From positions 124,001-188,000 of the forward strand of contig FLMG01001956.1 of assembly GCA_900088475.1 (NCBI GenBank): 64,000 nt of DNA, in the 5' to 3' direction. The stretch's first letter is position 1; each line of letters begins with the position of its first letter. This document shows positions 37,501-49,399 of this stretch, piece after piece. Source of the stretch: Hyphochytrium catenoides (Eukaryota > Protista > Hyphochytriomycota). The notes beneath the pieces are model-generated. The model was not told the origin of the DNA. It saw only the letters and a program-made list of their open reading frames with translations, and made no database searches. The position numbers and the translations under genes are program-made.

Positions 37501-40500
37501 CTGAGGAGTAATCTGTCATTACCGCATCTTTTCCGCTAATCTACGAATTTTATAGAAATACGTATCAGCAGCAGTAAGATGTCCTCGCTACTGCCGCTGT
37601 GTACCTTGCTGCTGATCGAGAGTAGCTAGACCGCTGCTAGTGTTGGTTGCTATTAGTTTGAAATAAAATACACCTGTCCTCATCCATCATCAGACTCAGA
37701 TCAGTATCTGAACAGGCTGTTATGATCCTGAGAAGGAAGGTGATTGCCTGTGGGACAACAGTAGTAAGTACTATAATCACTCTGAGAGATCATCATCGAC
37801 GGCTATCCCTGTTTTTTGTTGATGGCTTCCTCAATCATCCTGAGCATTACTGTCCACCACTGGTGGCCGTTGGAAGAAGAAGATGCATTCGACCTTCTCA
37901 ATCTTCCAGAGTATTGTTGGCCACCTGCGGTGAGAGGAGAAGATGCAGCCGGAAGTAATAGCAACAGTATGATAAACATGCTGGTACGAGTCTTGTTACT
38001 TCCTTTCCTCTTCTTAGGGTAGTAGCCAGCGTCGTCCGTCCGTCGTCGCTAGATTAAAAAAGAGGACATCGAGTTTTGGTTAGCGTGTAAAGTGGTGAGA
38101 CTAGCGTATCACTATGATAGTCATCAGAAGAAAGACAGAGGTGAATATAATCAACAAGTAAGAATGAATGGGTGCCCTCTCTGGCTACACCGTTCCCCAT
38201 CATCCCGGGTTATTGGTTGTAGAAGGGCACGACGCAACAACGACAAAGAAGGTAACGACCACCACTACCAGCTGCTAGTAAGGAATAATAAGTAGTATAT
38301 ACGAGCCAATAGTCACCAGATGGCAGCAGTAGGTTCTGCATAGAAATGGGTCATGAGTAGGGACCCTTCTAACAAGTCGGAGCTATTTATTATGGAGCAC
38401 TACTGGTGATGAAATCTGGGGCCATGTAATGTCATGAAGGATGCTACTGCTACTAGCATCTTTTTTGGTTGTGGGAAGAGTAAGGCGGAGGAATTGCTGA
38501 GGGTCTGCCGCGCAACCTCATCAGCAGCCAGAACCACCAAAGTGGTAGGTTCTAGTGCATATAGATCTACTAGAAAGAATAGCCATCCCAATAGCAAGTA
38601 AGTTCTAATTATCCTCATGACTGTCTTGTAACCACCACGACGAGGACTCACAACCAACCCTGCAACTGTTTTCTTGGGGAGTTTCTTGGCTTCAGCACTA
38701 GTAGTATGTCCTATTATTCTGCTGCTGGGGAAGGAAAACAGCTTGCTTTCATATCAGTTCTTCTCTTTGGAAGTACTTGACTTGCAAGTGCAGCAGCCAA
38801 GACAAGCAAGATACGAACAAATGGGGCTTGTAGCACTAAGCACTACTACTATGTCGTCCAATTTAGCGGTGTTGCAACAAGGAGCAGCATCCATACACCA
38901 GTTCTAACAAATGGTAGTATAGACGTACTTGATCATCGGTACTTCGAACTATTATCTCTAGTGGCTTTGACAAATAAAAAAGTGGAGAATGATGGTTAGG
39001 CGGGATCGGAGTGGCGTTGCAGCAGACTCCTCATTGTTGATAGAGGAACGACTATGGGATCGTGTCATTACGTAAGCGCACTGCAAGGCCAGCATGTGTT
39101 GGCGTGGGTAAACTTAATTGAGATAGCACCCTGGTAGCGTCGGTCTTCAACATACACCGCGCAGGAGGGCATCAGGAGTCAAGCGCCACCACCATTGACC
39201 AAGACGCTCCTAGAAAAAAGCAGGCCATCCCACAATACTTGTGCCGGTAGACGCTCTCCTTTTCTGCCGGTATATTTACTACTAGCTAATCATCAGCCCT
39301 CATTCTTATTGTTAGGAACAGCTTTATTTTACAGGGAGGATACGAGATCTCGGGACGAACTGACCACCACAACGTGTAATAAAAAGCAGAGATCACGATC
39401 TCCTTGCCGAAGGGCCAGGACCACAATCATGGACTGCAAATTGCTTGCTCGCTGAATATTGCCGTTTCATGGATACTTCTCAGCAACTTGCAGAAGATAG
39501 GTAAATAAGAATAGTCTTACTTTTGATAGATAGTTCTAGGTAGAAAATCAACAGAGATAATGATAGTGTGACGCTACGCTAGCATCCTCAACCATACGAT
39601 CAAGGTAAGTAGACGATTTACTAGAAGGCCAAAAAGTTCTTCTACCTGACGGTGAGTTCCTCTCCCCTTTCCTTGTTGCCAACGCCTTGATGAGGCTTCT
39701 CTTCCCTTCCTACACTATCTGATACCAGCCTTGTTTGGCATCCTGCATGTGTTTGGAGGACCATGTAGTACTTCCTCTGTAATAATGCCCTGAGCCATCC
39801 TATGGATGATCTAACGACGACGAAAGCAAGAACCGAACCTAGATAACAACGACAGAGAACTTCAGAAAGGCGCTTTTGTGTTACCATCTCTTCTTTCCTG
39901 CTATGATCATCCTGCTGTAGCTCTAGAATGATTGCAGCAAACTTCTCGACCTAATAGAACTACCTACCTGATAACAGCACGTGATATCTCAAGGGCACTT
40001 GCCTCCACAAAAAATTGATTACAGTCCCCCAATCTAAACACTTGTTTTTCATCCTGCGTGGGACTGTGGAGACTATAGGCAACACTACTAATAAGAAGGA
40101 TCAGGCAGAGGAGGAGGATCACCATTCTTCAGTCAATAATAAGCATAGGATGCGCCACGATATGTCGTACTTTTCTTTCGCTTTTACAGGTAGAAATGCA
40201 ATATTTTCCTAGCGGAGCCCATAGTAGAAAAATCTAAAATAGAACTAATAGTGATCTGCACTTTTGCAGCCATCGCTAGCTGATCTCAACCTATCATCCC
40301 AATCTGAGTTGATCACCTCTTCTTAGTAGCTGTGGATGACCTACGTACTTTTTGAAAGCCTTTAACCGCCTGTCGCTATCAGGTGGACTGATCTTGATAT
40401 CGAAAAGCTGGAGTCAAGCTCTTGAGCCGCCGTTGATTGGCGAACCGAGGGGCGTCAGACGTCAGATGACCTCTCACTTTGGACCACCATGGAACACGCC

Positions 40501-41741
40501 CAAGAGGGTGGTAGTTGTTCCATCACCTGACCTGATATGGTGCTGCCCTGTACATACCATACAGACCCTTCTCCAGAAGTGTCGCTAGAAGCCTGTCCCT
40601 GCAGCTGGTGTGGGGCCTTCACCCTGGATTACTCCATCAGCAGCCTCTGATTGGTCGGTGGGGATGCGTCAACACTCTCACAAAACGGGTAAAATAGCCG
40701 CCCTTTCACACCTAAAGTAGTAGAATTTCCTAGCTTGACCAGTCTACCCTAGCATCTTCTTACTATGCTCAGATGCAGAGATAATTCAGTTGGTCTATAA
40801 TAATAGTATACCTTGCTCATCCTGCCCTCCTACTTTGAAATGGACTTGACACCACATTTCTGTTCTGTATTTCTACTCGTAGGCTTTACAATGGGTTCTA
40901 GTAATAAAATAACACAACTAGCTTTTCTCTACCTTCCTCTTTCTCAGATCCTTTCTCCTTCTAGGACAGGTCCCGCAAGCTCTATCGTACACATAGAGGG
41001 GTCAGTCGCTACACCCATAATAATAGTAGGCATTATACAGCACGTCCATCAAAGCGAAGTGAGGAATAGCCGCGGAATGGTAATACTCTGTGCTTGGCCT
41101 TCCGTGTCTGTTCTTACATCGGAGCCGCTGAGATTTTCTTGAAGTTCAAAATTGTAGGTTGGAGGCGTAGTAAGAAAGCTCCATTGGCCCTTTAGCTCTA
41201 GTCTATCTACTCACTCCGTAATAGTAGTGGTTCTTCCCTTCCCTTATCTAACATTTCCCTCTAAACCTGAGAACCATGGTATGTCCGTGTTGTAAACAGG
41301 CATTGTCTGTGATTATTGTGCCCTTTCTTGCATCAGAACTGATCCCAGCAGAGCGGAGCTGAGAGGACAAAGGAAGCACGATTGAGGCAGATCTTAACTG
41401 CCAAACAGGAGGCTGGTTTACCTCCTTGCTTGGAAGCGGTGAGGCGTCATTGAGAGACAACGGAGAGAGGGATCTTTTGGATGCCAGTCCACCACAAAGG
41501 GATTGAGATTGATAGCTGCGATCCTGCATTCTGAACCGCCTCCTACTGGCCTGCTTCTTCCCTATCTCTACAACCCGGCCATTGTCTTTTAGGTCGGGAA
41601 GCCACAAGGTTAGCCATGAGCGCAGCGCTCGATATCCAGCATTAATCAATTTCCAGACCATCACACAACTGCTTTCAGCACCTTGCCGACTTCAGCAGTA
41701 GGCCAAAGGAAGCTCATTTGGTTGCTCCCTCAACGGTCACA

Positions 41742-43448
41742 ATGAGGGTCTCTCAAGGGTTCAACCTCGCAGCCCTGCTGGGTGCTGTAATGTTCGCTGC
41801 AGTTGCGGCGCAGGACGCTATTGACTACCTCACCGCGGACCAGACGATCACGCTCACCATAGATGGTCAGAACAAAACTCTACCCTGGGGCACCTTCCTG
41901 CAGACGTTGGCACAAGTCAAGTCTAAGGATGGCACTAGCTGCACCAACGGAGAAACTTGCGGGGCAGTGGCCTTGCAGACGGATCTAGACCGCGTGAATA
42001 CGAGCATCAACATCGCTTGGCTTCTGCTAGGTTCATATATGGTCTTCCTGATGCAGGCAGGTTTCACCTTCCTGGAGCTTGGATGCGTCAGTTTGAAGAA
42101 CACGAAAAACATTATCGTGAAGAATCTGGGCGACTGCTGCATTGGCGCTCTGGTCTGGTGGGGTTGGGGTTATGCCTTTGGTCTCTCTGGGACGAATACC
42201 TTTATTGGTAACACTTTCTTCTTCCTGACGAATGGCTTCCAGGACGGCGTAGCTGGAGATGCCCTTGCGTCTGTTGCCGGTGGTTACAATGGCTATAACT
42301 ACGCAACTTGGCTGTTCCAGTGGGCATTTGCGTTGAAAGCTGCCTCTATCACCTCGGGTGCAGTTGCCGAGCGTGTGAATACATACGGGTACTTCATTGG
42401 TACCTTCTGCATTGTCAGCTTCATCTATCCAGTCGTAGTACACTGGTGCTGGTCTGCCACTGGCTGGGCTAGCTCCTTCAACACCGATGTTTCAGCCAAG
42501 CTCTTCCGGGTCGGCGTAATTGATTTCGCTGGCTCGGGAGTCATCCACACTACCGGTGGAACATGTGCTTTGATTGCTGCTATCATCTTGGGCCCAAGAA
42601 AGGGAAGATTTGACTCGGCCGGCCAGGTAGTTGATTTACCCATGCAGTCCGTGCCATTCCAGTCTCTCGGAACTCTTCTCCTGTGGTTCGGCTGGTATGG
42701 ATTCAATTGCGCATCTACTCTAGGACTTAAGGGTACTCTCGCTGACGTTGCAGCCAAGACCGCCGTCACTACAACCATCGCTGCAGCAGCTGGTGGCATT
42801 ACCTGCGTGGTACTTGGAGTCGTAGTAGGCGTCCGCGGCCTCAAAATAGTCAACCCCGTGCTAGCCAACAACGGCATCCTTGCTGGGCTAGTCGGCATTA
42901 CGGCTGGCTGCTCCACCGTTGATATCTACGCCGCCTTTGTCATTGGTGTTGTCGCGGCAGCATGCTACTTCTTCTGCGACCAGCTCCTTCTGAGGCTACG
43001 CATTGATGATGTTGTCGGCGCTGTCCCAGTTCACCTCGCAGCTGGGGCCTGGGGCATGATTGCTACGGGACTATTCGCAACCAAAGAGAACTACATGATG
43101 GCATATTTTGATCTTGGGGATGACACCCCTTGTGGCCTTTTCTACTCCGCATCTTGCAACGGCCTCGGTGGCCGTCTGTTTGCTGCTCAGCTAGTCTTTG
43201 TTCTTGCCGTCATCGCCTGGGCTGGGGGTCTGGCCTTCATCCTGTACTTTAGCCTGCGCATGATTGGCATGCTTCGTGTTTCTGAGGAGATTGAGGAGCT
43301 TGGAATGGACCACTCCGTCCATGGTGGCCACGCATATGAGTACAACCCCACCACCACTACTGAGTATAAGAAAGCAGTAGCTGCAAAGAAGGTGGAGGAA
43401 ACCGAGGAGTATGTTGAGTCCACCACGCCAGGAGGAGGAGTAGTGTAA
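41742..43448 (+). CDS. AMT1: Ammonium transporter, AMT1 type, intronless, with a predicted signal peptide
   Basis: FLMQAGFTFLE, FQWAFA..ITSGAVAER, DFAGSGVIHTTGG, LGPRKGRF, LLWFGWYGFN, IDDVVGAVPVH, GMDHSVHGGHAY. Both pore histidines are present. First ATG at 41742. Confidence 0.97.
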   Translation: MRVSQGFNLAALLGAVMFAAVAAQDAIDYLTADQTITLTIDGQNKTLPWGTFLQTLAQVKSKDGTSCTNGETCGAVALQTDLDRVNTSINIAWLLLGSYMVFLMQAGFTFLELGCVSLKNTKNIIVKNLGDCCIGALVWWGWGYAFGLSGTNTFIGNTFFFLTNGFQDGVAGDALASVAGGYNGYNYATWLFQWAFALKAASITSGAVAERVNTYGYFIGTFCIVSFIYPVVVHWCWSATGWASSFNTDVSAKLFRVGVIDFAGSGVIHTTGGTCALIAAIILGPRKGRFDSAGQVVDLPMQSVPFQSLGTLLLWFGWYGFNCASTLGLKGTLADVAAKTAVTTTIAAAAGGITCVVLGVVVGVRGLKIVNPVLANNGILAGLVGITAGCSTVDIYAAFVIGVVAAACYFFCDQLLLRLRIDDVVGAVPVHLAAGAWGMIATGLFATKENYMMAYFDLGDDTPCGLFYSASCNGLGGRLFAAQLVFVLAVIAWAGGLAFILYFSLRMIGMLRVSEEIEELGMDHSVHGGHAYEYNPTTTTEYKKAVAAKKVEETEEYVESTTPGGGVV

Positions 43449-43938
43449 AGGCTGTTGGGCCTCTTAGTAGACCTACATCGGTTAGATGCGGGGGGTATGT
43501 CTTTCCCTGCTTGCGCTTTGTTCTATAATGCTATCAACTTCACTATAATATATATATTGGCTTCTATCAAACCGTGTATGTTCCGGAACTGTCGTCTCCG
43601 ACCTCGGCAGCCCACATCTTGACAGAGCGGAGAGTATGGGTGAGCAAAATCTCCAAGGAATCTGGCAGAGGTATAGAACAACTCCCGAGGAGTCGGCAGA
43701 GGTATAGGATGCCGGTCCGCCGTTTCCCCTGGCAGGACTCGTAAACTGAAGAAAGAAGGAGCAAGGTCTCAGACATATCCAATTCCTTCTTGCAATCTTC
43801 ATTAGTTAGGCTTTTAGCACCTATAGGGAGGAATATGGGGGTAGGTACCTACCTTCCCATTCATGCTCTAGCGGGCTCACACACTTGAGATTCAGGAGGT
43901 TACAATTTCAATACTTTCCCTTCATATGCCCTTCGCCC

Positions 43939-44713
43939 TCAATCTTCGTCGCTATCCTCGTCATAGATCCCTCGTCGAATGTTTGTTTGGCACTTGCGAT
44001 CACTAGATGACTCTGCCGTCTCCTCTGTAAGACTCTCAGGAACAGGGCCCTCGTAGTTAATGACCTCAAACTGCGAAATGTACCAGGCCAAGAATTGCGT
44101 GGAAAACTTGTCTGTCCCTCCTAACCTATCAAATCCAGCTATCTGATGCACTGATTGCTGATTCTTGACTAGCTGGATCGTAGGAATCATCCAAATGTTT
44201 AATCTTTCGGCAAGAAATGGCGCCTTTTCTGCGTTGATGCGGACGAACTGCGGCTTATGTCAGTGGAAGAGTTAAACACTGATACGACAGCCAAAAGGCC
44301 CTACCCGTGTCTCCAAGTGCTCCTTAGCGAGTTTGGCTAGATGTTCGTCCACTATCCGACAGTGTGGGGTGGATGGCCTAAAGAAGTGGCAGACAAGCCT
44401 CTCGCTTTTCTTTGAGGCCTCAAAAAATTCCTTCTGGTCAGCTAGTTCGGTGTATGTCCCATGACCAAGTGCCTCCCACACTCTCTTCTTCTCAGCCTTG
44501 AAGAATCAAAAGGTTTTAGATCGACCATCAACCGATCGGCCCAGATGCACTTACTTGTTTCATTAGCTCCCTCCTTCTTCGCTCTCGGATCTTCTCAAAG
44601 TCATCCTCATCAAGATTCTCGAGCTGCTCCAGTTGACTGTCAAGCTCCGCCTCCTTCTGCCGGAGAGTCTCCAGCATCACATTCCCCACTGCGTCAGCCA
44701 CCCGCTGATCCAT
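43939..44713 (-). CDS. TXNDC9: Phosducin-like protein 3 / TXNDC9, 3 exons
   Basis: [88 protein letters not shown]. Confidence 0.95.
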
Positions 44714-45359
44714 CCTTCCGCTGCTGGCAAGGTGCAGTCTACTACAGGCTCTCTTCTGATAGAGATTATCCCTAAAATAGTTCTAGGCGCTTTGACTGTC
44801 AGACTCGAGCTTCGTCGCTCCAGTGCCACATTCAGAAGTCCTATATAGCGCTGAAGAGGTACAGTGCCCTGTGCACACCATGCTACGTTGAGGAGGGCAT
44901 TACAGGGCCCGCTCTTTGCTGCAGAACTGTCCTCCCTCGACCTAAAGCTTACATAGTAGTACGACGAAGTGGCGACGAGAGGAATCGGCGTCCGCACAGA
45001 TTCGAATGAAAGTTCGCGCGAACCGAGCTTAATCGCAAAGTTTCAGCATGGGATTTTTACAGAGCCGACCGTTAACGGACGAGACCGGGTAATGAACCGG
45101 CGCGAAGGGAAAGACCTTGGAAGTGCTGCCGTGCTGCCGCTTACGTTTCCTCGATAGTCGATCGTCAGCTTTCCTTTCGTAGAGCTAAATCTATAGATCT
45201 TTTATTTACTACTAAGATAGCTACGACCTCATCCTAATGAACAAGCCCAGTCGATTTCCAAGCATCCATTAGGACAGAGACTATTGGTTCTTAAGGTCGA
45301 GGATTGAAAAGGAAGACGTGAATCGAAAGCTGTCCATTGACACGTGAGCTGCTAGAAGG
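44714..45359. promoter_or_regulatory. Putative bidirectional promoter between TXNDC9 and NME7
   Basis: Divergent start codons ~650 bp apart, CpG-rich core, palindrome CCGTTAACGG at 45069-45078. Confidence 0.45.
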
Positions 45360-46969
45360 ATGAATAATGAAACGCTTGCCTTCGATGTGGAATGGTTTGA
45401 TCCTGCTGCACAGCTGGTCAAGGAACTAACCATGTCATACTTTGAGGATGGGACTATCGAACTGGTGCGTGATGAGCCTGGCACTCAGCTCCAATCTAGC
45501 TTCTAAGCGCTTCACTACTTTTACTCTTGCAGCTTGACAAGAAGACTCGAAAGATGTTTATGAAGCGCATTCATTGCCCCGAAGTAAATCCAGTAGACCT
45601 GTATATAGGTTCCACCGTTGCCGTGTAAGCCTTGCCTCAATGTGTCCCAGCTCTAACTCAAACTGACGTTTCGTGGTAGATTTCAGCGCCAACTCAACAT
45701 TGTTGGTTATGCAAATAGCGCAACTCAGCGCAAGTGCGAGAAGAGCCGACAGCATGCCCATCTTCTTGTCACTGGCAGGGCATACAATCTCATTGGGAAG
45801 GCATGCATCTCAATTTAATCAATTTAAATATTTAGCACTTACCTATGTGTGCAAGCAGGTGCTCGGTGAAGTGCAGAAGGCGGGCATTGCCGTTAATGAG
45901 CTCAAGATGATCCGCTTCGATCAAAAGTCCCTGAGCGGGCTTGAGTCATCTGGAGCGTCCTTTACAAGGTGATCACTTTGAGTCATAGGCCTAGTTACTT
46001 GAGTCATAACGTCCCACCTCTTGCCAGTTCGATGAAGAGGGATCTGCTGGCTGAAGTTGCTGTCTCCATTAACCTTGTTTTGACTGACGAGAAGTCTCGC
46101 CAAGCTTCAGGTAGGTAGGGCGATCTAATGAAGCCTGGACCACGGTGCGACTAAGCGATATGACAGAAGCAATTGATAAGAAGTTTGCCGAGGAAGAAGC
46201 TATTTACGTCAGCTTCGGCCAGCAGGCGGCCAAGGTGAACCTGATCTCTATTTCGATAACTCTACCATACAAACAGCCATTTTTTACTGGTTGCCACTGC
46301 CTCAACAGGAGGTTTCATTTATCTTCAAAGAAGCTCATTTTGGAACAACCGCTTGCTTTGACAACGCCACGCTGTGTATTATACGTCCTTACGTCATCAA
46401 GGAAGGTAAGTCAACCGGTTTTACGATGTCAATACCTTGTTGACGACGATTCGCAATGCTAGGAATGGCTGGACAGGTAATAGATTCAATTCTCCAAGCT
46501 GGTTTTGAAGTTTCAGCCCTCCAGCTATTCCGTTTGGATAGAAGACAAATAGAAGAGTTCTATGACGTTTACAGAGGCGTGATTCCACACTACGAGGTAA
46601 CTGTCTACACTGCCTTTGTTGCCATTGGCACCCTCTCTGACTGGGTTGCCCCCACCATCCCAGGAGGTCTTGTCAGACTTCATCTCAGGCCCCTGTATAG
46701 CCATGGAAATTCGTGGACCGAACGTCGTTGAACATTTTCGAGAATGGTGTGGCCCTCATGACCCGGCAATTGCTGAGGTATGGCGCAGCCATAAGATTGC
46801 CCATGATTGGACTGTGCCTCTGAAACTTATATAACCCTAGGTTCTGCAACCACACTGCATTAGAGCTAAGTATGGGAAGAGCTTGACCAAGAGTCCAGTA
46901 CACGCCACAGATCTTCCTGAGGATGGCCTTCTCGAATGCAAGTACTTCTTCAAGGTGCTCCAAAGCTAG
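45360..46969 (+). CDS. NME7: NME7/NDK7 (FAP67): DM10 plus two NDK-like domains
   Basis: AFDVEWFDPAAQL, MFMKRI..DLYIGSTV, IEEFYDVYRGV, SGPCIAMEI, FREWCGPHDPAIA, VHATDLPEDGLLECKYFFKVL. Confidence 0.93.
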
Positions 46970-47112
46970 ACAATCAAATTCACCGTCGGGAGCAGAATTC
47001 GTAGTAGATTAACGACTGACTGCCGGACGTGCCTAAGCGCACAGCATTCACCTTAGCACCATAACCACACTCCGGCCCGTCAGAATAACTTAAGGCGGCT
47101 GAAGTTTTCTTA

Positions 47113-48645
47113 CTAGTATGGCTTCGTACTTCTCCTAGCAGACTTCATGCCTCCTACGTCCCTCTCTGCGCTAGCTCTGATAGTATGCTTGACGTTAAGG
47201 TTGCCCTCATATCGCTGATTGGACCAGAAACAAATCCTGGAGTCCTCGCCGCCAGTGATAATCTGACTATTGTCCCACGATATCGTGCGCACGCACGCTT
47301 TGTGTCCTCCACCTAATACTCCCAAAGGTCTGAACTCTTTGTTTTTGACAACTTCTAGCTGGTAGACGTGTCCAGAGTGATTACCAGCAATGAGATAGAG
47401 TTTCGACGTGACTGGGTCGTACTTGCAGTCTATTAAGTAATCCACCTGGGCCTAGACATCAAGCGTTAAATGTTCCAGAGTCAGCACCTCAAGACAATCT
47501 TCGTAACGGACGGTAGCAAAAGCATAGTAGCACAGAAAGGATAAGACGCCAGTATGATATAAATAACCAGCAAGCATAGTGGCCAGATGCAACGAATGAA
47601 ACGAGACAAGAGGCCACTGAGAATCACCTGCAATTGGCACAGGTCCTGTCGCGGATTCTGGAAATCCCCTAACCTCTCTGCCTCTTGGAGATTCCAGAGG
47701 CTCATAGTCTCGGTGCCTGTAAGGATGGCAATATTCTGCAAACCTAGGGTCAGATTCAGTGGCTGAGCTCATCCGAAGTCCAATCATCCCCACCTCCATC
47801 TGCTTGCCAAAGAGCTCTATTTTGCGTATTGAGCTCTCCGCATTAACGATAGCCTTCACAGCGTCATCCTCGTCGCTTATCGAGCAGTCAAACACGCACA
47901 CGACGCCGTCTTCTGAAGCAGTTATGAGATGATCATTCTGCAAAGGATGGAATCTCACTGTCGTGATAGCGTCCGCGTGCGATTCGCCATATTCTCCAAG
48001 CTGTTGAGGAGGGAATAAATGGTTAGTGCTAACAGTCTGCACCGCTAGCTACCTAGGGGGATGTCGGCACCTTTTTTCCATTTCTTATATCGTAGAATTG
48101 AGCGGCATCGTTTAGGCCCAGGGCTATCAGATTCTCCCCGCATCCAAAATCTGCACTCCAGACTTCAGAAGGAGCTCGGAAAATTTTTGAGGAAGATCCT
48201 GAAGTCGATGCGACTCTAGTGTCCCAGAGGTGGGCTGTCCGATCACTCGAACAGCTTAGTAAAAGGTTGGGCTGAAGAGATGAAAACTTGATTTCATTTA
48301 TGGTGTCAGAGTGCCCTGTGATCTACCCAGAAGTCAGTCAGGGCGGTGCTTCCAAGAGTTGTTATGCTCCTACCTTGGTTATCAAGTCAGTCCTTTTTGG
48401 ATCATAAATATTGATATAATGACAGGAGAGAGAGCACGCTAGCTGCGTGCCATCGACATTTAATTTGCTACCATGAAGGCCCACTTAGTCAATGGAGCAG
48501 GACACTTTCACTGGAGGGCTTACCATTGAAAGACGTAATCATAGTCATGGTCTTCTTCTATAGTCAAATCGCTACTTGCAGCAACGGCAGCCACGACTAT
48601 ACCGTTGAGATGGTATGGCGGCTGGATAATGGGAGACGAAGCCAT
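47113..48645 (-). CDS. WDR89: WD repeat protein 89
   Basis: YGESHADAITTVRFHP...LITASEDGVVCVFD..DEDDA, TGTETMSLW, DYLIDC, GGHKACVR, TGGEDSRICFW. Confidence 0.9.
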
Positions 48646-49399
48646 ACTCTGCAAGAACTTAGTCGCCCAAACCCTTCGCCAGGTTGATGGGCAACTCCAC
48701 TCTCACCTCTCCGGAACCAGTATCATGCCGAGAAGAAGATCTGCATCGGGCAGACAGGGGCACACATACAGAGTAGCGTCCAGTCTTCGTAAGTCAGAGC
48801 GATGAAAATCTGCACCTCCAAAAGGGCAGAGCTTCGGAGTTCTGATGGTGGTCAGAAGTCAGGCAGCGGCAACCTTGATAGTTATTAGTTAGAGGATGCT
48901 GCCTGGTAAGGTCGCCATTGGGTGGCTCTAAGGCTATCCTTAGCTTCAAAACCTCTACCATTTTGCCCTCAAGCTTCAGTCCAAGCCTTATGATCTAGGT
49001 ATAAATTCTTCTCTAACCTAATATTGTCGCTTTGCGAGTCAACACACAGGGAACGTACAGGTGAGAACGACGGCGTACAGGTAGACGACAAGCAGTCCGG
49101 ATGGGAATGACAAGGCAACGAAACGACACTTTTGCCCTTTGGTCCCGGTGTTCAAGGCTCCTGGCTCGACTTGGATGATCGTTTGGACGCGCCACAGGAG
49201 AGGCAGAGTTATGGGCGCGATACGCAGCGTCGATCTCAGAGCTGCGTCCGGTACTGAGCGACAGCGATCTTCCTTCTGTCCTTTGAACTTTTGCTTAGAG
49301 CATAATCACGCTAGGCCAACCTGTGCAGAGAGGCAGAATGTTCGGTATCAGGTCATCATTAGCTTCGTAGAGCGGGAGCGGATCTGACCATACTCACCA

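Noticed and set aside
41867-43426. Long antisense ORFs over AMT1 (likewise over DUF445)
   Set aside because: Expected from codon bias on the sense strand.
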